This document shows, in pieces, positions 16,763-24,064 of a stretch of 32,000 nt of DNA. Source of the DNA: Erysipelotrichaceae bacterium OH741_COT-311 (GTDB lineage: Bacteria; Bacillota_I; Bacilli_A; Erysipelotrichales; Erysipelotrichaceae); contig RQZE01000007.1 in the NCBI GenBank assembly GCA_003858585.1, forward strand, positions 60,001 through 92,000, in the 5' to 3' direction. Each line of letters begins with the position of its first letter. Position 1 is the first letter of the stretch. The notes beneath the pieces were generated by a model. It saw only the letters and a list, made by a program, of their open reading frames with translations, was not told the DNA's origin and did not search any database. Made by a program: the position numbers and the translations under genes.

Positions 16763-17992
16763 ATGAAATTTATACGTAAAATGGCAGATCAAAGTCCAAT
16801 TGAAGATACGGTCTTTAAAGTTGCTAAGGCGGCGAAAGAAGATATAAAAAAACATGGCTTTGAAAACGTGATCGATGCTACAATTGGTACACTATATGAT
16901 GAAGATAGAAACTTGGTTGCCTTTAACACTGTTTATGATTATTTTAAAAATCTTGATAAAAAAACAATTGCTACCTATGCAGACAGCTTTGTAGGTAACA
17001 CTTCATACCATGATGCCGTGCAAACGTGGGTATTTAAAAATGTTGCTTTAAAACTAAATAGTAAAGTTATTGCGACAAGTGGAGGAACAGGTGCTATTAG
17101 TTTAAGTCTAACGAATCTAATGGATAGCAATGACACAATCATTATCCCTGAAATTGGTTGGGGTTCCTATAAATTAATGGCACAACAATTTAATTTAAAT
17201 GTAAAAACGTACTCGTTATTTCAAGAGGAACAGTTTGATCTGAAAAACTTTAAAGAAGTATGTTTAGCTGTCTTACAACAACAGAAAAAACTATTTATCA
17301 TCATTAACGATCCTTGTCATAATCCTACCGGTTTTTCTTTTAATCAAAAAACTTGGCAAGCAATCATAGAGTTTATAAATGAATGTAGTAAGATTGGTCC
17401 ATGTATTCTTCTCAATGACATTGCCTATATAGATTTTAGTTATCAAGATACCCCTAATGGTTATATGCAACACTTTAATCAAATAAGTGATAATGTACTT
17501 ATCATCTTAGCCTTTTCTATATCAAAGTCCTTAACTTCTTATGGATTACGTTGTGGGGCAGCTATACTTTTAACACAAAAGAAAGAACATATCGATGAAG
17601 TATATACTCAGTTTGAAAAAGGTGCACGTAGTCTATGGAGCAACATTAACAATGCAGCTATGGAAACGTTTTGTTATATCGCAAATGGTGGTTATCAAAA
17701 CTACATAAAAGAAAAAACTAACTATGTACAACTATTAAAAGATCGCAGTTCTCTATTTCTTCAAGAAGCGAAACAATGTCAATTACAACATTATCCATAT
17801 CATGAAGGGTTTTTCATTACTCTCATTGTTGATGAGAACCATAAAAAAAGAATTCATCAAACTTTCATGGATCATCACATTTATACTGTTATGGTAAATA
17901 AAGGTATACGCATTGCAATATGTTCACTGCCAATGCACAAAATAAAAGGACTCGCTTATAAACTTAAGCAAATCCTTGATTCTATAAAATAA
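16763..17992 (+). CDS. class I/II pyridoxal-phosphate aminotransferase (aspartate/aromatic type)
   Basis: About 409 aa from the ATG at 16763 (RBS AGGAG at 16753-16757; the track start at 16757 is GTG). PLP-lysine context SISKSLTSYGLRCG (SxSKxxxxxGxRxG), GGTGA and NPTG motifs are present. Confidence 0.8.
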   Translation: MKFIRKMADQSPIEDTVFKVAKAAKEDIKKHGFENVIDATIGTLYDEDRNLVAFNTVYDYFKNLDKKTIATYADSFVGNTSYHDAVQTWVFKNVALKLNSKVIATSGGTGAISLSLTNLMDSNDTIIIPEIGWGSYKLMAQQFNLNVKTYSLFQEEQFDLKNFKEVCLAVLQQQKKLFIIINDPCHNPTGFSFNQKTWQAIIEFINECSKIGPCILLNDIAYIDFSYQDTPNGYMQHFNQISDNVLIILAFSISKSLTSYGLRCGAAILLTQKKEHIDEVYTQFEKGARSLWSNINNAAMETFCYIANGGYQNYIKEKTNYVQLLKDRSSLFLQEAKQCQLQHYPYHEGFFITLIVDENHKKRIHQTFMDHHIYTVMVNKGIRIAICSLPMHKIKGLAYKLKQILDSIK

Positions 17993-18012
17993 GCAGCTGC
18001 TTATTTTTTTAT
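17986..18012. terminator. bidirectional terminator between aminotransferase and typA
   Basis: Palindrome AAATAAGC-AGCT-GCTTATTT is flanked by an A-run and TTTTTTT. Confidence 0.65.
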
Positions 18013-19835
18013 TCTTCAACCGCATTTAAACTACGTGCATATTGTCTACGTTCAATATTGGTTAAATATTTTTTTCTCAGACGTATACTATCCGGAGTAA
18101 TTTCAACCAATTCATCATCATTAATGAATTCCAAAGCCTCTTCCAACGATAAAATTCTAGGAGGTATTAACTTCATTGCTTCATCTGCACCAGTAGAACG
18201 AATGGCTGTTAATTTTTTGTTCTTAATTGGATTCACTTCCATATCTAAATTACGAGCACTCATCCCAATAATCATACCTTCATAAACTTCTGTCTGTGGT
18301 TCTATAAACAACTGTCCACGTTCTTGAATATTCCATAAAGCATACGTCATTGCCTTACCTTGTTCGGTAGAAATCAACGCCCCATTCGCTCTTTGATTAA
18401 TCTCTCCTTTATATTCTTCATAACCGCTTAAACGACGAACCAGTGTCCCTTCACCATGAGTATCATTGATAAATTCACTACGATAACCCAGTAAACCTCT
18501 GGTTGGAACAAGATATTCAATACGTGAATAACTTCCTTCTTCGACAATATCTTTCATTAATCCTTTACGTAGATTCAACTTTGAAATTACAGAACCGGAA
18601 TATTCATTTGGAACTAAGCATATAACTTCTTCCATAGGTTCTAACAACTTACCCTCTTCACGATGAAAAATAACTTCAGGCTTTGATACTGCAACCTCAT
18701 AACCTTCTCGACGCATATTTTCTAATAATATAGATAGATGCAATTCTCCTCTACCCGATACTTTAAAGCAATCTGTAGAAGATGTTTCTTCTACTTTTAA
18801 ACCAACATTAACTTCAAGCTCTTTTTCTAAACGTTCTTTAATATTTCTCGAAGTTACATACTTTCCACTTTTTCCTTGAAATGGTGATGTATTAACCATG
18901 AAATTCATAGATAACGTAGGTTCTTCAATTTTAATGGAAGGCATTGGTAAAGGATTATCTAACGAACAAAGCGTATCCCCAATTGATATATCACTAATTC
19001 CGCTTACCACTACAATTTCACCACATTGAGCCTCTTTTACTTGAATACGGCTTAATCCTTTATATATAAATATCTGGTTAAGTTTCTTTTGTTGTTTCTT
19101 ACCTTCATTATCACATAAAAAGACACTACTACCTTCTTTAATAGTTCCACTATATACACGCCCGATACCTAATCGACCGATATAATCATCATAAGCTAAT
19201 GCTGAAACCTGCATTTGCAAAGGTTCATCACTTAGATTTGGATATACTTGAGTATGATGAATGATTGTTTCAAAAAGAGGATTGATGTCTTGATTAGTAT
19301 CTCCCATTTCTGCCATAACAATCCCCTGTTTAGCAATGCCATATAGAATTGGAAAATCTAATTGATCATCAGTCGCATTCAATTCTAAAAATAAATCATA
19401 AACTAGATCAATCACCTCATTCACACGAGCATCTTTTTTATCTACTTTATTAATTAATAAAATTGGTCTAAGCCCACTCTGCAAACTTTTTTGAAGTACA
19501 AAACGTGTTTGAGGCATTGGACCTTCTGCAGAATCAACAAGCAGAATAACAGTATCCACTGTTTTAATAATACGCTCTACCTCACTTGAAAAATCTGCGT
19601 GACCGGGAGTATCAACAATATTAATCTTATATTCACCATAATTCACGGAACAGTTTTTAGAATAAATCGTAATCCCACGCTCACGTTCCAATGCATTACT
19701 ATCCATAATACAATCTACAACTTCTTCATTTTCTCGAAACACATGGCTTTGGCTTAAAAAAGCGTTCACCAATGTACTCTTACCAGCATCGACGTGTGCG
19801 ATAACTGCTATATTTATAATTTTTTGATACGACAT
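18009..19835 (-). CDS. typA: translational GTPase TypA/BipA
   Basis: 608 aa. G1 is AHVDAGKST, G3 is DTPGH and G4 is NKVD. It has the EF-G-like domain order and a characteristic BipA C-terminal domain. Confidence 0.93.
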   Translation of the reverse strand: MSYQKIINIAVIAHVDAGKSTLVNAFLSQSHVFRENEEVVDCIMDSNALERERGITIYSKNCSVNYGEYKINIVDTPGHADFSSEVERIIKTVDTVILLVDSAEGPMPQTRFVLQKSLQSGLRPILLINKVDKKDARVNEVIDLVYDLFLELNATDDQLDFPILYGIAKQGIVMAEMGDTNQDINPLFETIIHHTQVYPNLSDEPLQMQVSALAYDDYIGRLGIGRVYSGTIKEGSSVFLCDNEGKKQQKKLNQIFIYKGLSRIQVKEAQCGEIVVVSGISDISIGDTLCSLDNPLPMPSIKIEEPTLSMNFMVNTSPFQGKSGKYVTSRNIKERLEKELEVNVGLKVEETSSTDCFKVSGRGELHLSILLENMRREGYEVAVSKPEVIFHREEGKLLEPMEEVICLVPNEYSGSVISKLNLRKGLMKDIVEEGSYSRIEYLVPTRGLLGYRSEFINDTHGEGTLVRRLSGYEEYKGEINQRANGALISTEQGKAMTYALWNIQERGQLFIEPQTEVYEGMIIGMSARNLDMEVNPIKNKKLTAIRSTGADEAMKLIPPRILSLEEALEFINDDELVEITPDSIRLRKKYLTNIERRQYARSLNAVEE

Positions 19836-19861
19836 ATTTCATTCCCCTTTACAACGAAGTA

Positions 19862-19890
19862 ATTATAGACTTAATTGCCCATAATTACAA
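19862..19890 (-). promoter_or_regulatory. typA promoter
   Basis: Minus strand reads TTGTAA (19885-19890), a 17-nt spacer, then TATAAT (19862-19867), about 25 nt upstream of the start codon. Confidence 0.5.
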
Positions 19891-19948
19891 ATATTTATGA
19901 AAAATACACTCAAAAAAAATAAAAATATGCTAAAATAAGTAGGGATTT

Positions 19949-20032
19949 GCACCAGTGGTGGAATGGTAGACACGCACGCTTGAGGGGCGTGTGGAGAAAT
20001 CCGTGAAAGTTCAAGTCTTTTCTGGTGCACCA
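19949..20032 (+). tRNA. tRNA-Leu (anticodon GAG), class II with long variable arm, encoded CCA
   Basis: Hand-folded. Acceptor GCACCAG/CTGGTGC. D arm TG-GTG-GAATGGTAGA-CAC. Anticodon stem CACGC/GCGTG with loop TTGAGGG. T arm GAAAG-TTCAAGT-CTTTT. Discriminator A followed by CCA. Confidence 0.9.
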
Positions 20033-20079
20033 AATATCAATTTTATAAAAGCCTTTAAAATAAGGCTAAAACGAACATA

Positions 20080-20104
20080 AACCCTTTAAACAAAGGGTTT
20101 TTTA
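20080..20104 (+). terminator. intrinsic terminator after tRNA-Leu
   Basis: AACCCTTT-AAAC-AAAGGGTT followed by TTTTT. It is preceded by a second hairpin AGCCTT-TAAAAT-AAGGCT at 20050-20067. Confidence 0.75.
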
Positions 20105-20213
20105 TATGTTTCAATGCCTTTGAGATGTCTTAGAGATGTACTAGAAAAACACTAAAATGTTCTACAAAAAAAAGACCTATCCACCAAAGAAGTAAATAAA
20201 TCTTTTTACAAAA

Positions 20214-20474
20214 TCATTTTATCCATCTTACAATTTCTGGTTTCTTACCTGTCATAAATGCAAACCATTTTATAAAAGTCTCAACCGCTTCATCTGGAGC
20301 CACCGATCTTAAAACACTGCGATCAATTTCATCAACATATACTTCGTATAGTTCAAATGTTTTACTGTATTCCAAAATTTCTTTTGGCAGATGAATCATC
20401 ATAAACCTAACACTTCTTTCACTTATCTCTAATATTTCATGACTAAGTTTGTATCCATAACTATTTAAACTCAT
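20214..20474 (-). CDS. hypothetical 86-aa protein
   Basis: ORF 34 nt downstream of mutY on the same strand. No motif recognised and no clear Shine-Dalgarno, so coding status is uncertain. Confidence 0.4.
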   Translation of the reverse strand: MSLNSYGYKLSHEILEISERSVRFMMIHLPKEILEYSKTFELYEVYVDEIDRSVLRSVAPDEAVETFIKWFAFMTGKKPEIVRWIK

Positions 20475-20508
20475 AAAACATACTACATCTTGATTGTTTC
20501 ACTTATTA

Positions 20509-21642
20509 TTATTTTTTATTTAAAAAATAAATATCTCCATGTTCAATAGAGTCAACGTATACTTTAAATGCTGTAGGTATACTGTAGTGTTTTTCTAAAG
20601 AATCTTTTGTAACCCAAGTATATTCTTCTTCAAAAGGATTCTCCTTGCGGTTAGCATTTATATGTGTTTCATTTGAAATCACTTGAACGAAGTAGCCTTG
20701 CATATGCCATTCAATATGACTAAATATATGTTTAGCACTTTCAATCTTTACAATTTTACTATATCTAATTCCAAACTCTTGAAGTATTTCTTTTAAGTCA
20801 TGTAAAGAAACATGTTTATCTATAGATGGAAACTCCCAAAGATTAGAAAGTAAACTATGTTTTTTACGTTTTTGAATGTAGTATTCTTGCTGTTCATTCA
20901 TCATAATGAAAATAGTACGTTTTTCAATACGTCTAGCTTTCTTAGCTTTTTTTACCGGTAATTCAGATTGTCGATTTTCTTTAAATGCATAACATACTTT
21001 ACTTACCGGACACAAATTACATTTTGCTGTTCCATTAGGAATACATAGTAAAGCACCAAGTTCCATTAATGCTTGATTAAAGGAACTGATATCCTTATCA
21101 GGCAATAAATCATATACCACCTTCTCCATCTCTTTCTTAGTAGCCTGCTGCATAATGTCTCGATAATCACCTGTAATACGAGCTATGACACGCATAACAT
21201 TACCATCAACCGCAACCACTTTTTGTGAAAATGCAATGGATGCAATGGCTCCTGCGGTATAAGGACCAATACCATGTAACTGGATTAATTCCTCATACGT
21301 ATTAGGTAATTGTCCTTGATACTCATTTACTAAACGTTGTGCTGTTTTCTTTAAGTTTTTTGCACGATTATAATATCCTAAACCTTGCCATAGTTTATGC
21401 AATACATCTTCATCCACCATAGCTAAACTTTCAATATCTGGTAATGCATGAATAAACCTTAAATAATAGTCGAAAACCGCTTCTACTCTTGTTTGTTGTA
21501 ACATGATTTCAGATATCCACACATGATAAGCTGTTGGATCTTCTCGCCAAGGCATACTGCGTTTATGTGTATGATACCAATTCAAAAGTTCTGCTTGAAA
21601 ATAATCTACATCTATTTTTTTAGATTTTGTTTTTACATTCAA
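20509..21642 (-). CDS. mutY: A/G-specific adenine DNA glycosylase
   Basis: 377 aa. It has an HhH-GPD domain (LPGIGPYTAGAIASIAF context HGIGPYTAGA) and an Fe-S cluster loop CxxxxxxCxxCxxxxxC (CIPNGTAKCNLCPVSKVC). The C-terminal NUDIX-like domain is typical of MutY rather than Nth. Confidence 0.92.
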   Translation of the reverse strand: MNVKTKSKKIDVDYFQAELLNWYHTHKRSMPWREDPTAYHVWISEIMLQQTRVEAVFDYYLRFIHALPDIESLAMVDEDVLHKLWQGLGYYNRAKNLKKTAQRLVNEYQGQLPNTYEELIQLHGIGPYTAGAIASIAFSQKVVAVDGNVMRVIARITGDYRDIMQQATKKEMEKVVYDLLPDKDISSFNQALMELGALLCIPNGTAKCNLCPVSKVCYAFKENRQSELPVKKAKKARRIEKRTIFIMMNEQQEYYIQKRKKHSLLSNLWEFPSIDKHVSLHDLKEILQEFGIRYSKIVKIESAKHIFSHIEWHMQGYFVQVISNETHINANRKENPFEEEYTWVTKDSLEKHYSIPTAFKVYVDSIEHGDIYFLNKK

Positions 21643-21696
21643 AATATATCACCTTATCTTCCCAACTTATCACGTTTTATACTATCATTTTTTTAC

Positions 21697-21724
21697 AAAA
21701 TAAAAAAGCGACTTTGCAGTCACT
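21697..21724 (-). terminator. intrinsic terminator in the sigma-mutY intergenic region
   Basis: Minus strand reads AGTGAC-TGCAAA-GTCGCT (6 bp including one G-U), followed by TTTTTTATTTT. Confidence 0.5.
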
Positions 21725-21785
21725 ATTTTAGGATTATATCCATACGGGGGAAAGAAATTATTAATCAATTATCATTCAATTGATT
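21700..21785 (-). ncRNA. candidate small RNA (about 85 nt) with 5' hairpin, C-rich single-stranded motif and terminator
   Basis: It is bounded by a near-consensus promoter (TTGATA, 16 nt, TATAAT at 21792-21819) and the terminator at 21697-21724. The 5' hairpin is ATCAATT-GAATGAT-AATTGAT. A UUUCCCCCG motif corresponds to plus-strand GGGGG at 21746-21750. No ORF longer than 6 codons lies inside. Confidence 0.3.
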
Positions 21786-21791
21786 GTCTAA

Positions 21792-21819
21792 ATTATACGT
21801 AATGAATTTGTAATATCAA
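21792..21819 (-). promoter_or_regulatory. sigma-A-type promoter in the sigma-mutY intergenic region
   Basis: Minus strand reads TTGATA (21814-21819), a 16-nt spacer, then TATAAT (21792-21797). Confidence 0.45.
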
Positions 21820-21879
21820 TGTTTAAATTGTGAAACTTTTGTGATAAAAGTTAAAATAGATTCTTTCGTTCCTGTATGC

Positions 21880-22488
21880 TTAAAACTTTAATTTTAATTT
21901 CATTCTAATTTTATGAATGGCACGTTTGTAGCGATAAATACATTTATCGTATGTAATGTTCAATACTTTACATATTACTGTAAAACGTTTTCCTTCAAAT
22001 AAATATAACTTTAATATATTTTTTTCAATCTCATCTAAGTCTTCCATAATACGATCTAAAATTAGCCAATTCTTCTCTTTTCTCATCATCTCATGATAAT
22101 CGATTTCATAGCCTTTATCATGAATATTTTTAATTGGAACTTGATACTTAACATAGTTATAATTTATGCGTACCACATTATAAATTTTAATATCTGCAAT
22201 GGTATAAAGCCACTTTAAAAATGATTGTGGATTCTTTAAAGTATGAATTTGTTGATATACTGCCAATAGCACTTCATCTGCTATCTCTTCAGCAAGCTGA
22301 TGATTGGTTGTTTGTGTAGTAGAAGAACAAGCTTGATGTTGCAATTTTTGATTCAATTTGTTAATCGCATACTTCTTCAGTGGATGATAAAACGTCAAAT
22401 AGACTGTTGTAAATGCTGTTAATTTATTTTGTTCGTTTTTTAACAAATCAATCAACTCTAGTAAATCGTGTTCACCAATTATTTCCAT
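21880..22488 (-). CDS. sigma-70 family RNA polymerase sigma factor (ECF/group-4-like, divergent)
   Basis: 202 aa. Region-2-like: AEEIADEVLLAVYQQIHTLKNPQSFLKWLYTIADIKIYN (pattern AEDxxQE...FxxWLxxIAxN). Region-4-like HTH: LDEIEKNILKLYLFEGKRFTVICKVLNITYDKCIYRYKRAIHKIRMKL. A Ser/Thr/Gln-rich insert of about 20 aa sits in region 2. Confidence 0.7.
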   Translation of the reverse strand: MEIIGEHDLLELIDLLKNEQNKLTAFTTVYLTFYHPLKKYAINKLNQKLQHQACSSTTQTTNHQLAEEIADEVLLAVYQQIHTLKNPQSFLKWLYTIADIKIYNVVRINYNYVKYQVPIKNIHDKGYEIDYHEMMRKEKNWLILDRIMEDLDEIEKNILKLYLFEGKRFTVICKVLNITYDKCIYRYKRAIHKIRMKLKLKF

Positions 22489-22527
22489 AAAATACCCCTA
22501 TCCTCTTAATATAAGTCTTTATATATA

Positions 22528-22555
22528 ATTATAGATTATAAAAATAAAGTTTCAA
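22528..22555 (-). promoter_or_regulatory. promoter of the sigma-factor gene
   Basis: Minus strand reads TTGAAA (22550-22555), a 16-nt spacer, then TATAAT (22528-22533). Confidence 0.5.
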
Positions 22556-22581
22556 TCTATATTCTTCATATTTAACAAAAT

Positions 22582-22599
22582 CATCAAATTATTTTGATG
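22582..22599. promoter_or_regulatory. 7-4-7 perfect inverted repeat, operator-like
   Basis: CATCAAA-TTAT-TTTGATG lies between the divergent sigma-factor gene and the 59-aa ORF. It ends 12 nt upstream of the extended -10 (TGATATACT, 22609-22617) of the small ORF. Confidence 0.35.
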
Positions 22600-22639
22600 T
22601 TCTTTTTATGATATACTATTATTGAAAGGAGATTTGTTT

Positions 22640-22819
22640 ATGAAAAGAGGATTATCTACTACTACAAGCGCACAAAGTCAAGCATATGATTTTACAAAAA
22701 TTGCTTTAGAGCAAAAATTAATTGATCCTGCAAATTCTCCTGAAGAGTTTGCAAAAAATATTGTTAAATTTTATGAAACATTAATTGAAGGTTTAATGAA
22801 CGATACCTTAATTAGATAA
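22640..22819 (+). CDS. hypothetical 59-aa soluble protein
   Basis: The ATG at 22640 is preceded by AAGGAG (the track start at 22622 is TTG). It has its own extended -10 and a strong terminator. No TM segment or motif recognised. Confidence 0.5.
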   Translation: MKRGLSTTTSAQSQAYDFTKIALEQKLIDPANSPEEFAKNIVKFYETLIEGLMNDTLIR

Positions 22820-22845
22820 AAAGTCCAAATGGACTTTTTATTTTA
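22819..22845 (+). terminator. intrinsic terminator after the 59-aa ORF
   Basis: AAAAGTCC-AAAT-GGACTTTT followed by TATTTT. Confidence 0.75.
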
Positions 22846-22873
22846 AAATACTACTTAGTGGTCATACAGGTGT

Positions 22874-22906
22874 CAAAAAATAAAAAAGCCTTTAAATAAA
22901 GGCTTA
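22874..22906 (-). terminator. intrinsic terminator of the tRNA operon
   Basis: Minus strand reads AAGCCTTTA-TTT-AAAGGCTT followed by TTTTTATTTTTT, directly after tRNA-Gly. Confidence 0.75.
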
Positions 22907-22914
22907 ACTATCAA

Positions 22915-22988
22915 TGGAGCGGATGATGGGAATCGAACCCACGTAGTCAGCTTGGAAGGCTGAAGTTCTACCATTGAACTACATCCGC
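22915..22988 (-). tRNA. tRNA-Gly (anticodon UCC), encoded CCA
   Basis: Hand-folded. Acceptor GCGGATG/CATCCGC. Anticodon stem TCAGC/GCTGA with loop CTTCCAA. T arm GTGGG-TTCGATT-CCCAT. Confidence 0.9.
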
Positions 22989-22991
22989 AAG

Positions 22992-23067
22992 TGGTGACCC
23001 GGAGAGGAATCGAACCTCCGACCCACTGATTAAAAGTCAGTTGCTCTACCGCCTGAGCTACCGGGTC
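22992..23067 (-). tRNA. tRNA-Lys (anticodon UUU), encoded CCA
   Basis: Acceptor GACCCGG/CCGGGTC. Anticodon stem ACTGA/TCAGT with loop CTTTTAA. T arm GGAGG-TTCGATT-CCTCT. Confidence 0.9.
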
Positions 23068-23077
23068 ACAATAAAAT

Positions 23078-23153
23078 TGGCTGGGGCACCTGGATTCGAA
23101 CCAGGGAAATGTCAGAGTCAAAGTCTGATGCCTTACCGCTTGGCTATGCCCCA
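23078..23153 (-). tRNA. tRNA-Gln (anticodon UUG), encoded CCA
   Basis: Acceptor TGGGGCA/TGCCCCA. Anticodon stem TCAGA/TCTGA with loop CTTTGAC. T arm CCTGG-TTCGAAT-CCAGG. Discriminator G. Confidence 0.88.
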
Positions 23154-23177
23154 ATTATAGTGGTAAGATTTTAAGAA

Positions 23178-23262
23178 TGGTGGAGAAGGGCGGATTCGAA
23201 CCACCGAACTCGTAGAGAATTGATTTACAGTCAACCGCGTTTGGCCACTTCGCTACTTCTCC
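23178..23262 (-). tRNA. tRNA-Tyr (anticodon GUA), class II long variable arm, encoded CCA
   Basis: Acceptor GGAGAAG/CTTCTCC. Anticodon stem GTTGA/TCAAT with loop CTGTAAA. Long variable arm. T arm GGTGG-TTCGAAT-CCGCC. Confidence 0.9.
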
Positions 23263-23272
23263 AAAAAAAATA

Positions 23273-23348
23273 TGGTGCCGACTATAGGAATTGAACCCAC
23301 AACCTATTGATTACAAATCAATTGCTCTGCCTATTGAGCTAAGTCGGC
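23273..23348 (-). tRNA. tRNA-Thr (anticodon UGU), encoded CCA
   Basis: Acceptor GCCGACT/AGTCGGC. Anticodon stem ATTGA/TCAAT with loop TTTGTAA. T loop TTCAATT. Confidence 0.9.
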
Positions 23349-23362
23349 ACTTTAATAATAAA

Positions 23363-23438
23363 TGGTGGAGGTTAACGGGCTCGAACCGCTGACCCTCTGC
23401 TTGTAAGGCAGATGCTCTCCCAACTGAGCTAAACCTCC
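23363..23438 (-). tRNA. tRNA-Val (anticodon UAC), encoded CCA
   Basis: Acceptor GGAGGTT/AACCTCC. Anticodon stem TCTGC/GCAGA with loop CTTACAA. T arm AGCGG-TTCGAGC-CCGTT. Confidence 0.9.
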
Positions 23439-23465
23439 ATTGCCTCATTTCCCGAGTGCTTATTT

Positions 23466-23494
23466 AATATATCAAATATTAATTTATAAGTCAA
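23466..23494 (-). promoter_or_regulatory. promoter of the six-tRNA operon
   Basis: Minus strand reads TTGACT (23489-23494), a 17-nt spacer ending in TG-A, then TATATT (23466-23471), giving an extended -10. It lies about 28 nt upstream of tRNA-Val. Confidence 0.6.
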
Positions 23495-23620
23495 TAATAT
23501 TTTCAAAAAAAATGCAAAAAAATTTTTAAAATAAAAAATAATCTGAATACATGCATTTCTAATTCTTTTAAAAAATTGATTTGTGCTATAATGTTTTTAT
23601 ATTTATTGGAGGATAATACT

Positions 23621-24064
23621 ATGGACAATATTGATTTTAAATTAGAAGAAACGAAAGGTTCACCAAGATTACTTCTTGCAATTTTAGCTTGTTTTTCTGC
23701 AGCAATTGTGGCTGGAATCTTTATCGGAAAACTTTGGGAAATGCTGGATGTACGTCTTTTATATATTTATGTTCTTGCCGGTATTCTATCAGCAGTGATT
23801 GTAACAACGCTATATAAACACAGTTTAGTAGCTGCTATTATTTCTTTAGTTGCTACTTTACTGTTTATTTTTATTACAGATGTGACTTATTTATTTGGTG
23901 TTGAATCTTTTTTTAAGTATGGCTTACCTTTATTAATAGAAGGTTATTTTGAAACCTTAAAAGAAGCTTTAAATGTAGATTTTGTGTTTATCATTTACTA
24001 TTTAATTGGTATTATCATATCTTTCTTTGCTTGTTTAAATATTAAAGGTATAAGTAAAAGATAA
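23621..24064 (+). CDS. small 4-TM membrane protein, unknown function
   Basis: 147 aa from the ATG at 23621, preceded by GGAGG (the track start at 23576 is upstream of the RBS). Four hydrophobic segments. Its stop overlaps the alr start (TAATG at 24062-24066). Confidence 0.55.
   Translation: MDNIDFKLEETKGSPRLLLAILACFSAAIVAGIFIGKLWEMLDVRLLYIYVLAGILSAVIVTTLYKHSLVAAIISLVATLLFIFITDVTYLFGVESFFKYGLPLLIEGYFETLKEALNVDFVFIIYYLIGIIISFFACLNIKGISKR

Noticed and set aside
20050-20067. Similar hairpins AGCCTTTAAAATAAGGCT (20050-20067) and AAGCCTTTAAATAAAGGCTT (22887-22906) as a dispersed repeat family
   Set aside because: Both are short terminator stems directly following tRNA genes. The similarity covers about 8 nt per arm and is plausibly coincidental in AT-rich DNA, with no further copies in the window.
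20105-20140. Short direct repeat GAGATGT...GAGATGT downstream of tRNA-Leu
   Set aside because: Only two 7-nt copies, with no associated structure or gene; within chance expectation.
19949-20213. tRNA-Leu as an integration site for a mobile element
   Set aside because: No integrase or recombinase gene, no duplicated tRNA 3' segment and no phage or IS genes nearby. The downstream sequence contains only two terminator hairpins and AT-rich spacer.
21523-21783. 86-aa plus-strand ORF spanning the mutY 5' end and the intergenic region
   Set aside because: It is antisense to the mutY start, has no Shine-Dalgarno, and has a low-complexity Phe/Ile/Ser-rich product typical of AT-rich antisense frames. 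The region is better explained by the mutY 5' end plus the minus-strand promoter/terminator unit.
22873-23154. 93-aa minus-strand ORF in the supplied track
   Set aside because: It lies entirely across tRNA-Gly, tRNA-Lys and tRNA-Gln on the same strand. Its peptide is just the read-through of tRNA sequence, with no RBS. The tRNA folds are unambiguous.
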